Below are positions 1-9,625 of a stretch of DNA of 64,000 nucleotides, piece after piece. The first letter of the stretch is position 1. The number at the start of each line of letters is the position of its first letter. Under the pieces are notes generated by a model that searched no databases, was not told the origin of the DNA, and saw only the letters and a list, made by a program, of their open reading frames with translations. This DNA comes from an uncultured Rhodospirillales bacterium. Lineage in GTDB: Bacteria; Pseudomonadota; Alphaproteobacteria; Acetobacterales; Acetobacteraceae. A program made the position numbers and the translations under genes. The stretch covers positions 3,032 to 67,031 of the forward strand of contig CAIPLM010000249.1 of NCBI GenBank assembly GCA_903865895.1, written 5' to 3'.

Positions 1-408
1 GACCGGGGTGCCGGGCTGCTGGGCCGTCATCGCCGCGCCGGATGGCGGGGCAGTATCGGTCAGCCGCAGAACCTGGAGATTGGGCGCTCCGCCTTCGACA
101 ACGCTTGGCGCCTGATAAACCGTGACGAGCACCTGGGCCGGCCCGGAGCTCACGCGCACCAGGGCCGCGTCGCCGAAGGGCGTCATCCAGCCATCTTCCC
201 GGAACGTGGAGATGGTGACCGCCTCCGGCCGCCCGATCGGGCCGGGCGGCAGCGAGACGCGCACCCCGGGCAGCCCGGTCGCCACATCGGCTACCTTGGA
301 GGGATTGCATACGATGCAAAACAGGCCGGTATCCAGCGTCATCAGATGCCCGGAGACACGGAGTTCGTTGACCAGTTTCTGCGGCCGATCGGCAGTGGTT
401 TCGGACAT
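1..408 (-). CDS. hypothetical protein, N-terminal part only (ORF runs off the left edge)
   Basis: Not in the supplied ORF track because there is no stop in the window. A reverse-strand ATG at 406-408 opens a frame that stays open to position 1 (136 codons, MSETTADRPQKLVNELRVSGHLMTLDTG...). Codons are GC3-rich. It is co-directional with the glycosyltransferase gene and 109 nt downstream of it. No family recognised. Confidence 0.4.
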   Translation of the reverse strand, partial: MSETTADRPQKLVNELRVSGHLMTLDTGLFCIVCNPSKVADVATGLPGVRVSLPPGPIGRPEAVTISTFREDGWMTPFGDAALVRVSSGPAQVLVTVYQAPSVVEGGAPNLQVLRLTDTAPPSGAAMTAQQPGTPV

Positions 409-516
409 TCGCGTCTCTATGTTCCTGAAGTGCGATGGTGAGGACAGATGTATGTAGGTTTCGGTGCGCGGCTATACGGTATTCGTGCTGCGGTGATAAG
501 CGTTTAGCATAGGCCG

Positions 517-3500
517 TTACGCCCCCGCAGCCCAGCGGAGCCCAATAAACGCAGAGTTGATCGCTGCCGGCGGCAATCCGAGTGGCAGCAGCCACCCTCG
601 GCCGGTTTTGCGAATTCGTTCCCCGATGGCGCCAAGGTCGAACGCCGCGACACACAGCCCTGCCCGCCACGCCAGACCCAGGGTGAAACACCAGGTCTCC
701 GGCCAGATCGACGGCTGCCACGCCATGTCCAGGTCATGGGCACGAATCAAGCCAATGGCCTCCGATTCCTTGTATGGCCCGGTGACGAAAACGTGTCCGG
801 TTTCGATCAGCCGCTGATCGTCATGGGTATGCCCGATGACGGTAAAATGCAGGTTAAGCCGCCGGGCCGCGGCATTGCGGGCGCAAGCCAGCAAGACGTC
901 GTATCCCTTTTCGGTGCCGATGCCGCCGATCACCGCGATGCGCTCCGGCGCCCGCTGCAAGAGCCGCGCCGGCGGGTAGGTGGTATCATCCTCCAGCGGC
1001 TCGACGATCGGTGCGACATCGGGGAAATGCCGGCGCATCCGAGCGGCGACATCCTCAGAGGGTACCACGATGCGGCGCGAGCGGCGTAGATCCGCCGCCG
1101 AGCGGCCGCGTAGCGCACGAACGCCGATCGTCTCGGCCAGATTGCTCCCGGCATCGCGAACGCAGGCATCGCAGACCGCAGGATTTTCCGGCTCGCCACA
1201 GTAGCGGCTGTCGCGCCCGACCAGGCTGATGCGCGGGCAGAATGCCGCGTAATCATGCACGAAGGTCTCAACCGGAATGTCGAGCTTGGTTGCGAGCCGC
1301 AACACGGCGTGGTCGTGGCCGAGGAGATGATGCACCTCGATGCACTCCGGCCGGTCGCCGCGCAGTAATCGGGTGAGGGCGGCGAGGTCATCGGGCAGGC
1401 GGAAGCGCAGGTTGGGAAAACACGGCGAATCGGCCGGCAGCCCGCCCTCCTCGACAACGCAGACGCCGGGGAGATAGGCCGGCACGCCCTCGGTCGTCAT
1501 CGCCGAGCGCAGCACGATGGCGCGCCCGCCGGCCGCGCGAATGGCGATGCTGCGCTCCCGGATCACCCGTTCAACGCCGCCGCCGCTGGCGTGGGTGAGG
1601 AGCAGCACCGCGTGGTCCTTGCGCGCCATCCGCCACCGTTGCAGGTCAATCCGCCTGCGCGCCTCCGCGAGAGGATCCTCGGCCTGGAATGCGGCGATCA
1701 GCCGGTGATAGCCGGGGTGCGTGCGCTCGAGCACCGAGAGGTTGCGCTCGATGAGTTGCTCGCGCGCGGTGCCGAAGGACTGCCCGCCGACATGGGCGAC
1801 GAACACGCCGGGCGCCGCGACGTGGCGCCAGCCGAGATGGCGGGCACGGATGCAGAAATCATTCTCCTCGCCATAGCCTTGGGCGAAGAGGTCATCGCGG
1901 AACAGGCCGGTCTCCGCCAAGCATTCCCGGCGGATGTACATACAGAACCCGACGGCGCTGGGGATCTCCACCGCAGCCCCACGATTGGCCGCAGCGGCCC
2001 AGCGTGCCATGCGGCGCAGCTCATCACGGCCGGGTACCGGATTCCCGCCAGCGACGTTCGGATAGCTCAGGATCGTCGCATCATTGGACAGGGGCGTCGC
2101 CGAGCCGACATCGGGGGTGGCATGCACCACCGCGCCGAGAGCTTCGAGCCAGCCTGGGGGCACGATGGTGTCGCTGTTGAGCAGCACCACATCATGCGGC
2201 GCCGCGAGAGCCAGGGCGGCGCGAATGCCGGAGTTGGCGGCGCCGGGAAAGCCGCGGTTGAAGGGATGGCGGATCACCCTGATCCGCCGGTCACCGCGAT
2301 GGCGACGTGCCAGGGCGGCGATCTCCGGATCCGGCGAGGCGTCATCCACCACGATGACCTTGGTGCCCTCCGGCATGGTGTCCAGCACCGCGGACAGGCA
2401 CTGCCGCACCAGATCGGCACGGCCATATACCGGCACAACGACGGCTACCTTGCGGTCCGGCCGCGATGGGCAGTTCACCGCCACGCCCCGCACATCCGCC
2501 GGCACGCTGGACAGTTGCGCAATATCCGCCAGTTCGGCCGCCTCGCGGGGCATGAGCGCGGGGAAGCGCCCGGCCACCGCCCGAGCCGCGGCCATCGCAC
2601 CCTGCTGCTCGCCGAAGGGCGTGAGCGGGCTACCGAGCAAATGCCGGCCATTCTCGGCCATCACCGCGACCGGACCGCTCTGCCCGGCAAGCATCGCCGG
2701 GGTCAGGCGAAATCGCCTGGGGCGGGAGAGCGGTGTGCGCGCCACCATGTCCTGATCATCGGCGACAAACTCCTGGATCACCCGCCCGGGCGCGCCATCC
2801 GGCCCGAGCTCCCGTAACAGCAGCCGCGGGTTGCCTTCGGGTGCTCCAGGATGCCAGGCCCAGCCCTCGATCGTCCCATCCGCCGCGGCCCGCACCACGC
2901 CTTCGACACTGCGGATATCGCCGATCCGGATCGGACTGCCCAGCAAATGCTGCCCGCCCGCCATCACCTCCAGCAACCGGACATCGGGGGGAACGCGGCG
3001 GGGCCGGCCGCGCGCCGGCGCGCCATCGAGACGCATCACCACCGAACGTGCAGTCCCGCCGGCACGCCGCACCAGGATGGCGCCGTCCTGGCCAATGGCG
3101 CACCAGCCCGGCGCGCCAGCCGCCGCAGCGATGGCATCGGCAAGGCCCGGCAGATGCGGGGCAGCCGGCATCATATGCCCCGCAAAAGCGCGCGCCATCG
3201 CCGCCGCGGCGGTCTCCACGGCGCCGACGCGATGGCGGATGGTTGCCAATGCGAGCCACACCTCCCGGATGTCACCCTCCCGCGCCAAGCCCTCAAGCAG
3301 TTCGATCGCCGGTCCGAGCACGCCGGCCTGCATGCGGGCGGAGGCCAAGGAGAGGGTGATCGCCGCATCGCCCGGCGCTAGGCGATGGGCACGCTCCAGC
3401 CAGGGCAAGGCGTCGGCCGGGGGCCCGCCCACCAATGCCGCCTGGCCCTGGCGCCACGCCGCGGACGACAGCTCCTGCAACCATTCCGAGCGCGTCTTCA

Positions 3501-3609
3501 CCGGCGCAACGCGGGATCTCCACCGATTGCCGCTGGCATCGAGCGGTTCGGTAACCGCACGATCCGCGAATGACTCGACGGGCGATGCGCCAGCCGGGTC
3601 GTCGGTCAC
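517..3609 (-). CDS. multidomain glycosyltransferase: N-terminal TPR-like repeats + GT2 domain + C-terminal GT1/GT4-like domain
   Basis: The longest ORF (517..3846) overlaps the upstream gene by 240 nt. An in-frame GTG at 3607-3609 overlaps that gene's TGA (GTGA), so 517..3609 (1030 aa) is preferred. TPR-like helices are visible (LERAHRLAPGDAAITLSLASARMQAG...). GT2 signature: VAVVVPVYGRADL...KVIVVDDASPD...NRGFPGAANSG...LLNSD. The C-terminal ~350 aa is Rossmann-like and GT1/GT4-like. Confidence 0.8.
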   Translation of the reverse strand: MTDDPAGASPVESFADRAVTEPLDASGNRWRSRVAPVKTRSEWLQELSSAAWRQGQAALVGGPPADALPWLERAHRLAPGDAAITLSLASARMQAGVLGPAIELLEGLAREGDIREVWLALATIRHRVGAVETAAAAMARAFAGHMMPAAPHLPGLADAIAAAAGAPGWCAIGQDGAILVRRAGGTARSVVMRLDGAPARGRPRRVPPDVRLLEVMAGGQHLLGSPIRIGDIRSVEGVVRAAADGTIEGWAWHPGAPEGNPRLLLRELGPDGAPGRVIQEFVADDQDMVARTPLSRPRRFRLTPAMLAGQSGPVAVMAENGRHLLGSPLTPFGEQQGAMAAARAVAGRFPALMPREAAELADIAQLSSVPADVRGVAVNCPSRPDRKVAVVVPVYGRADLVRQCLSAVLDTMPEGTKVIVVDDASPDPEIAALARRHRGDRRIRVIRHPFNRGFPGAANSGIRAALALAAPHDVVLLNSDTIVPPGWLEALGAVVHATPDVGSATPLSNDATILSYPNVAGGNPVPGRDELRRMARWAAAANRGAAVEIPSAVGFCMYIRRECLAETGLFRDDLFAQGYGEENDFCIRARHLGWRHVAAPGVFVAHVGGQSFGTAREQLIERNLSVLERTHPGYHRLIAAFQAEDPLAEARRRIDLQRWRMARKDHAVLLLTHASGGGVERVIRERSIAIRAAGGRAIVLRSAMTTEGVPAYLPGVCVVEEGGLPADSPCFPNLRFRLPDDLAALTRLLRGDRPECIEVHHLLGHDHAVLRLATKLDIPVETFVHDYAAFCPRISLVGRDSRYCGEPENPAVCDACVRDAGSNLAETIGVRALRGRSAADLRRSRRIVVPSEDVAARMRRHFPDVAPIVEPLEDDTTYPPARLLQRAPERIAVIGGIGTEKGYDVLLACARNAAARRLNLHFTVIGHTHDDQRLIETGHVFVTGPYKESEAIGLIRAHDLDMAWQPSIWPETWCFTLGLAWRAGLCVAAFDLGAIGERIRKTGRGWLLPLGLPPAAINSAFIGLRWAAGA

Positions 3610-5414
3610 GCGGCCGGTTGCCCCGCTGGGGCGGCAGCCGGGGCCGGCACGTCGAGCGCGGCGAAATCCCCTTGCGCTTCGGCGAGGCCGAGCTGAATGG
3701 CCTGGGTGAACCAGAAGCGCGCCTCGTCGAGATTGGCATCGCCGGCCAGGCCGCGGGCGAGATAACGGCCCAGCATCATCATCGCATAGGCATGGCCACG
3801 CTCCGCCGACATGCGGAACCAGCCTTGCGCCGCCACCCGGTCCCACGGAACATCATGGCCGCCGCCGAGCATCGCGCCCATCGCGAACATCGCGCCGACA
3901 TGCCCGCCCTTGGCCGCGCGTTCGAAGAATTCCAGCGCCTTGGGATGGTCCTTGTCGCCGCCCACCCCGTTCACCAGCAACTCGGCATAGGCCACGAGCG
4001 CATCGAGCATGCCCGCTTCGGCCGCCTTGCCGATCCACACCCGGCCCTCCGCCGGATCCGCTGCGGTGCCGCGACCCTCGATCAGCATTCGGCCGTACCA
4101 GTACTGGGCATTGACCACCGATGGCGCGGCGCGGCGTAGCCACACCAGGGCCTGCGCATCATCCTTTGTCACGCCGACGCCCTCGGCAAGGCAGATACCG
4201 TAATTATAGGCGCCGACGAGGTCCCCGCCATTGGCCTCCTTCTCGAACCACTCGCGCGTGCGCTGCGCCTCCTCGGGCGCGGCCTCGCGTTGCAGAGCGA
4301 GTGTTGCGAGGTCGTAGCGTGAGGTTACGTCCCCCCCCTCGGCAGAGATCCGGAACCACCGGGCGGCTTCCTCGGGGTCCTTCGGAATTCCATTACCGTT
4401 GAGGTGCATCAGGCCGAGTGCCCGGGCCGCCGCACGGTGGCCGCCCTCGGCCGCGCGGCGATACCACATGCCGGCCTCGGCAAAGTTCGGCGGTAGGTCG
4501 CCACCCCTGGCATAGAGATCCCCAACCAAGGCGGCGGCATCGATGTCGCCCTGCAGCGCTGCGCGGCGCAGCCAGGATTCGCCCTCCTGCGGGTCCTTCG
4601 TCGTGCCGCCGCGCCCGTCGAGCAGGAACAGCCCGTAGCGCGCCTGCGCCGCCCGCAATCCGCGCACCGCGGCCTCGCGATAGAGCTCGACGGCCGCCTT
4701 AGGATCCGCCGGCGTACCTTGTCCCTGCTCGGTCATCGCGCCCAGCAGATAGAAGCCAGTGGCCAACCCCCCCGCCGCCGCGAGGCGCATCCACTTGATA
4801 GCCTCCTCATAGAGGGTCGGGTCGTCCTTGCGCAGCAAAGCCAAGCCGTAGCCGAGATAGCCTTGCGGACAATCGGCCTCGGCGGACAGCTTGTAGAGCC
4901 GCTCCGCTTCGTCGAGGTTGCGGAGCGTCTCCGGCCCGGCGGTAAGGATGTAGCCCAGCAGCGCCAGACCGTCCGGTGCGTTGGCCTCGGCGGCCTTCCG
5001 CGCCCACACGATCGCACGCTCGAAATCGGGCTGGCCGAGTTCCTGCGCCCCGAACAACGCGGCGGATGGCCGCGCACGCGAAACGTCGGCCGCTTCGGCT
5101 GCACGGCTCGGCTCCGCCCCCATCGCGCCTTGCAGGAACAAAGCCGCAAGCAGCGCGGCAGCATCCATATTGCCCCGCCCCGCCGCACGCTCCAGCCAGA
5201 ATGCCCCGTCGCGCACACTCCCTGGCACACCGGCCCCTTGCAGGTAGGCGCGTCCGACCAGGAATTCGGCACGCTCGTTACCCGCCTGCGCCAGCGGCGT
5301 GAGCTGGGCAAACGCGCCGACGGCGTCGCCGGCCGCGAGCATCGCCTCCGCCCGTTTCACGCGCGCTGCCGGCGACGCAAAACGGCTGCTGACCTTGCTG
5401 AGAAGTCCGCTCAT
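3606..5414 (-). CDS. Sel1-like repeat (SLR) protein, apparently cytoplasmic
   Basis: 602-aa ORF built almost entirely of ~36-aa Sel1-type repeats (pattern A..W..KAA..G...A...LG..Y..G.GV..D...A..W, roughly a dozen by eye). No signal peptide or TM helix at the N-terminus (MSGLLSKVSSRFASPAARVKRAEAML...). Confidence 0.85.
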   Translation of the reverse strand: MSGLLSKVSSRFASPAARVKRAEAMLAAGDAVGAFAQLTPLAQAGNERAEFLVGRAYLQGAGVPGSVRDGAFWLERAAGRGNMDAAALLAALFLQGAMGAEPSRAAEAADVSRARPSAALFGAQELGQPDFERAIVWARKAAEANAPDGLALLGYILTAGPETLRNLDEAERLYKLSAEADCPQGYLGYGLALLRKDDPTLYEEAIKWMRLAAAGGLATGFYLLGAMTEQGQGTPADPKAAVELYREAAVRGLRAAQARYGLFLLDGRGGTTKDPQEGESWLRRAALQGDIDAAALVGDLYARGGDLPPNFAEAGMWYRRAAEGGHRAAARALGLMHLNGNGIPKDPEEAARWFRISAEGGDVTSRYDLATLALQREAAPEEAQRTREWFEKEANGGDLVGAYNYGICLAEGVGVTKDDAQALVWLRRAAPSVVNAQYWYGRMLIEGRGTAADPAEGRVWIGKAAEAGMLDALVAYAELLVNGVGGDKDHPKALEFFERAAKGGHVGAMFAMGAMLGGGHDVPWDRVAAQGWFRMSAERGHAYAMMMLGRYLARGLAGDANLDEARFWFTQAIQLGLAEAQGDFAALDVPAPAAAPAGQPAA

Positions 5415-5445
5415 ACCCGAAATGCCCCGGCCTTACGCTGATACA

Positions 5446-6906
5446 TCATGGCTCACGATAGGCTTCCGTCACCGACGGCACCACGCGCGAGAAGAGATAT
5501 TCGACGAACGTGCGATACCCAACGAGGATATCCGTTTGACCGGACATACCCGGTGTTATTTTGAAGTAGCTCGGCAGATGGTGCAGAGTATTCTCCTCCA
5601 TCTTGACCCGCACTTTGTAATAGAGCGTTCCGAACGCCTGCTGGGAATTCGTGATGCCGACAGGCTGCGACAAGGCGTTGTACGGGCTGCGTGACGCATC
5701 CGGCTGGATCGAAATGACCCTGCCCACCATCGTGCCATGCGTGGCATAGGGGAAGGCATCAAACTTGATCGCCGCGCGCTGGCCGACCGCAACGAACCCC
5801 GCATCGGTCGAGTCAACCACCGCCTCGGCCACATAGTCGGTCTCCTTTGGCGTCAGGGAGACGACTTGGGCCCCCAACTGCACCACGGAGCCCACGTTGG
5901 CGACGGCAACGTCCATCACCGTGCCATCGAATGGCGCACGCAGCTCGATCAACGACAGGGCGTGGTTGGCGCGCGTCAGCGAATCCTGCAAGCCGGCGAG
6001 CTTGTCGCTCTGATCCTTCAGTGCCTGGGAAGTCTGGCTCTGCCAAGTCTGCCAGGCGGCATCGCGATCGGCGATCTTGGCGGCAAGCGAACCGCGGATC
6101 TGCTCAAGCTGTGCCTTTGCTACGTCCCTCAACCGTACCGCTTCGGCCCGCTGGTCCGCTGCGGAGATTGTGTTCAGCTGGCTTCCCACGCCGAGCCGCT
6201 CGAGATCGCGCCGCTTGTCCTCGGTCTTCGCGGCATATGCGAGCCGCTCACTATACTGGCGCAGGTCCCCCTCGGCCTGCATCAGTTGCGCCTGCAACGC
6301 CGCAATTTGCTGCGCGAAGCTCTCCATCTGAAACGTGATCTCGGCGTGCCGCTGGGTATAGAGCTGCGCCTGGACCTCGCCGTGCTTGGTGCCGTCCGAA
6401 AGATACAGCCGCCCGTCGAACTCCGCGCGCAACCGGATCGTCTCCTGCGTCAGCGAGGCGACCTGATCCTGATAGGACAGCACGTCGGCGGTCGTATTCG
6501 TTGGATCGAAGGTGACCAGCAAATCGCCCTTGTGGACCGGCTGGCCCTGCTGGACGTAGATTTTCCGGACAATGCCCGCATCAATCGCCGCCAAGCCGGT
6601 CGACGGCTCGGTCGCGACGATGCCCATCGTCCCACTCACGACGCGGTCAACCGGCATGAGCGTCAAGATCAGCATCAACGCCATGAACATCGTGAAGATG
6701 ATGTACGTCGTGTAGCGGGACCGCATCGGCACCGGCATGGCGAGCTGTGCGGCCGCGGGCGATTCGTATTCGAGAACCACCCGCTCGGTGCGTTCCGCCT
6801 CCAGCATCTCCGCGCCATCGGCTTTGCCCAGCCGGAGGCTCACGCCACGTGAGGCGCGCGTCACCTGCCGGGCGGCAGTGGTCACGTTCTTTGTCGGTTC
6901 GGCCAT
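5446..6906 (-). CDS. type I secretion membrane fusion protein, HlyD family
   Basis: Single N-terminal TM helix (YTTYIIFTMFMALMLILTLMPV) and a long coiled-coil centre. The C-terminal end (GMSGQTDILVGYRTFVEYLFSRV) is typical of HlyD-family T1SS adaptors. SD GAGAGG lies upstream of the ATG at 6906. The gene is 15 nt downstream of the ABC gene. Confidence 0.9.
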   Translation of the reverse strand: MAEPTKNVTTAARQVTRASRGVSLRLGKADGAEMLEAERTERVVLEYESPAAAQLAMPVPMRSRYTTYIIFTMFMALMLILTLMPVDRVVSGTMGIVATEPSTGLAAIDAGIVRKIYVQQGQPVHKGDLLVTFDPTNTTADVLSYQDQVASLTQETIRLRAEFDGRLYLSDGTKHGEVQAQLYTQRHAEITFQMESFAQQIAALQAQLMQAEGDLRQYSERLAYAAKTEDKRRDLERLGVGSQLNTISAADQRAEAVRLRDVAKAQLEQIRGSLAAKIADRDAAWQTWQSQTSQALKDQSDKLAGLQDSLTRANHALSLIELRAPFDGTVMDVAVANVGSVVQLGAQVVSLTPKETDYVAEAVVDSTDAGFVAVGQRAAIKFDAFPYATHGTMVGRVISIQPDASRSPYNALSQPVGITNSQQAFGTLYYKVRVKMEENTLHHLPSYFKITPGMSGQTDILVGYRTFVEYLFSRVVPSVTEAYREP

Positions 6907-6921
6907 AGGTCTCGACCTCTC

Positions 6922-9177
6922 TCAGGAACCGACGCTTGTCGACAAGGCCGCACGGGCACTTGAACGGAAGCTTTCCATATGACGGTTCTGTTGTTGCCAG
7001 AGCTGACGGTAAATCGTGCAGGTCTCCAGCAACTGGTTATGCGGCCCGATATCCACCATCTTGCCGCGGTCGAGTACCATGATCATGTCGCTGTCCACGA
7101 GTGAGGAAAGACGGTGGGACACGATGACCATCGTGCGATTGGCGGCGATGCGCGAGATGTTTGCGTTCACCAAGGCCTCGCTCTCCGGATCCAGCGCGCT
7201 GGTGGCTTCGTCGAGGATGAGGATGCGCGGATCATGGATCAGTGCGCGGGCAATGGCGAGGCGCTGGCGCTGGCCGCCGGAGAGGTTGGGCGAGCCTTCT
7301 TCCACCACGGTTTCATAGCCCTGCTGCATGCGCTCGATAAACTCCTCGGCGCCGGCCAGGCGGGCAGCACGCACCGCATCAGTCAAGGTGAGGCCCGACC
7401 GCCCGGCCAGCAGGTTGTCGCGCACCGTGCCGCGGAACAGGAAGTTCTCCTGCAACACCACACCGAAGCTGCGACGCAGATGGCCGAGATTGATTTCCCT
7501 CAAATCGACGCCATCGATCTTGATCTGCCCCTCGTATTCCCGGTTGATGCCCTGCAGCAAACGCGTGATCGTCGATTTGCCGGAGCCGCTTCGCCCGACC
7601 AACCCGAGCACGGTACCGGGGGGGACCTCGAAGGATATGTCATCGAGGGCCCGCGTCTTCGTGCCAGGATAGGTGAACTTCACCCCGCGGAAGGCAATCG
7701 CCCCCTCGAAACGTGGGCGTAGCCCGCTGCCAGGATTAAGTGTCTCGGGGCGGTTGTTGAGCACCAGGCCCACCATCATCACGGAAGCGCGCAGCTCCTC
7801 AATGTCCTGCAGCAGCTTTGACAGCGCGATCAGGGGTGACGAGACACGATTGGCGATCATCATGAAGGCAACGATGTGCCCCGAGGAAACGTCAACCCCG
7901 CTGATCGAGAGATAGGCGCCTACAAGCAACACACCACGGGTCATCAAGGTATCGAAGGGCGACACCAGGGTCTCTGGCCAGTTCGAGATATCATCGAGCC
8001 GGCGCTTCCAATACGATGCATCGGCGGCGCGCCTGTCCCACATCTCCCGCTGCGCTGATTCCAGGGCCAGCGATTTGATGGTGCGGATGCCGTGCAAGGT
8101 TTCGACCAGCACGATGTTCTTCTGCACTTCGAATTCCAGCCACCGCGCATAGGTACGGCGGATCGGCTTGATGAACGAACTGATGATCATCGCCATGACG
8201 CCGCCCAGCCCGACCACCATCCAGGCCATCGGAACGCTCATCCAGAACAGCACGGGCAAGACGACCAACAGGTTCATGATGTCGAACATGGTCGTGAGCA
8301 TCTTGCCGGTAACGAAACCCCTCACCTTGCCGGTCTGCGCGATGAGATAGCTGATCCGGCCGGTCGGAGTGCGTTCGAAATAATCGATCGGCAGGCCGAG
8401 CAGGCGTTTGAAGACGAACAGGTTCATCTTGATATCAAGGCGCAAGGCGACGATCGCCGACAACTGGCGCCGGACGTAGCCCAGCAGAGCCTCGAAAAAG
8501 AGAATCGCCAGAAGCAGGGCGGCCGTCATCCAGAGGGTCGCCAAAACGCGGTAGCTCATGACCTTGTCGATGATGATCATGATCATCAGCGCCGGAACCA
8601 TCGACACGAACGACAGGACCACACCGCCCATCATCAGGTCGGAAATGATACGCCCTTCGGCGAGCACGACGCGGGCAATCCACCCCATGTCCCATGGCTC
8701 ATTATCGGCACGCGACTGACGATCCGGACGGATCAGCAAGGCCTCGCCGGACCAGAGCTGGGACAGGCGGAGTTCGTCGACCGCGACACCTTCCTGCTCG
8801 GTCTCGATCTCGGGGTCCTTGAGCCAGACCACGTTCCGCACCGAATCGGGGCGGATCATCATCGCGCCCGTGCCGTCCTTCATCAACAGGATGACTGCCC
8901 CCGGGGAGGTCATCTTGACGAGCTGCCGCCACGTCAACTGGGCCGCCTTGCACCAGAGCCCGCTCTGGGAGACCCATTCGGCCAGCGCCGCCGGCGAGGG
9001 CGCCTCACCGGGGCTGATCCGCAAATCCTCGCGCGACAAGTCAGCGCCCTGCTCGCGGGCACCGGCGACTATGGAACGCAACCGAAGGTCGAGCGGCGTA
9101 TGCACGCTCTCTGCTCCGGGTTCGTAGCTCGGATCACGCGGATCAGGATCAGGCGAAGTCACCGAAGGGGAGTCCAA
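6922..9177 (-). CDS. type I secretion ABC transporter (permease/ATPase) with N-terminal C39-like domain
   Basis: TTG start with GAGG 8 nt upstream. The N-terminal ~150 aa resembles the HlyB-type C39-like domain but has no Cys/His catalytic dyad. Multi-TM exporter core follows. Walker A GRSGSGKST, ABC signature LSGGQRQR, Walker B ILILDEATSALD, H-loop VSHRLS. Confidence 0.9.
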   Translation of the reverse strand: MDSPSVTSPDPDPRDPSYEPGAESVHTPLDLRLRSIVAGAREQGADLSREDLRISPGEAPSPAALAEWVSQSGLWCKAAQLTWRQLVKMTSPGAVILLMKDGTGAMMIRPDSVRNVVWLKDPEIETEQEGVAVDELRLSQLWSGEALLIRPDRQSRADNEPWDMGWIARVVLAEGRIISDLMMGGVVLSFVSMVPALMIMIIIDKVMSYRVLATLWMTAALLLAILFFEALLGYVRRQLSAIVALRLDIKMNLFVFKRLLGLPIDYFERTPTGRISYLIAQTGKVRGFVTGKMLTTMFDIMNLLVVLPVLFWMSVPMAWMVVGLGGVMAMIISSFIKPIRRTYARWLEFEVQKNIVLVETLHGIRTIKSLALESAQREMWDRRAADASYWKRRLDDISNWPETLVSPFDTLMTRGVLLVGAYLSISGVDVSSGHIVAFMMIANRVSSPLIALSKLLQDIEELRASVMMVGLVLNNRPETLNPGSGLRPRFEGAIAFRGVKFTYPGTKTRALDDISFEVPPGTVLGLVGRSGSGKSTITRLLQGINREYEGQIKIDGVDLREINLGHLRRSFGVVLQENFLFRGTVRDNLLAGRSGLTLTDAVRAARLAGAEEFIERMQQGYETVVEEGSPNLSGGQRQRLAIARALIHDPRILILDEATSALDPESEALVNANISRIAANRTMVIVSHRLSSLVDSDMIMVLDRGKMVDIGPHNQLLETCTIYRQLWQQQNRHMESFRSSARAALSTSVGS

Positions 9178-9625
9178 AATCGTAACCTCATCTTGCTCGC
9201 CGCATCGCGGCTATGCGGCATCAATTCCGCCGCGTTCATACATTGATCGAGCGAAGCCCAATCGCCGGTGTCGCCATCCTCGCCACCGTGTGAAATCTCC
9301 GCAATCTAACAAAAATTGTCATCAAGCCTTGCTGGCGGCCGGACCGACCATGAACTCCTTATACTGCGTTCACGTCCCACCCCCAAGCGCGCCGGATGAT
9401 TGCGGGTATAACATATCCATGAACCGGATATTATTAAACCAACCGGCACCCTATGTAGCGGGAGGTTTACAGCTTCCGGCGACACAACTCTGTTCACGAC
9501 GCCGTGATTGCGGGTGCAATCAAGGTTGCTGTGAAAGCGCAGAATTGGCTGTTGCCCTCCATCGAGGCATAATGCCCCTCAGCGCGAACGATCTCTCGGA
9601 CGACAATCTCAACAGGTGACCTGGC

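Noticed and set aside
517-3846. Longest-ORF N-terminal extensions (for example 517..3846, 11047..14934, 44217..45800, 52639..54258, 38497..41274)
   Set aside because: The extensions overlap the 3' ends of upstream genes and translate to Arg/Pro/Gly-rich junk. Internal starts that abut or overlap the upstream stop codons (ATGA, GTGA, TGATG) give proteins with canonical N-termini.
8728-9177. Reading the ABC N-terminal domain as an active C39 peptidase (bacteriocin/double-glycine leader exporter)
   Set aside because: There is no Cys in the N-terminal xxCGxx position and no His in the later strand position. Only one Cys and one His occur in ~150 aa, and both are misplaced. No small leader-peptide gene is convincing in 9178-9625. 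It is treated as a non-catalytic C39-like domain.
9290-9619. 109-aa plus-strand ORF in the T1SS upstream spacer
   Set aside because: It has atypical composition (Cys/Asn/Pro-rich), no SD and low GC3 compared with the genome. It ends just before the better-supported PG-binding ORF. It is treated as non-coding regulatory DNA.
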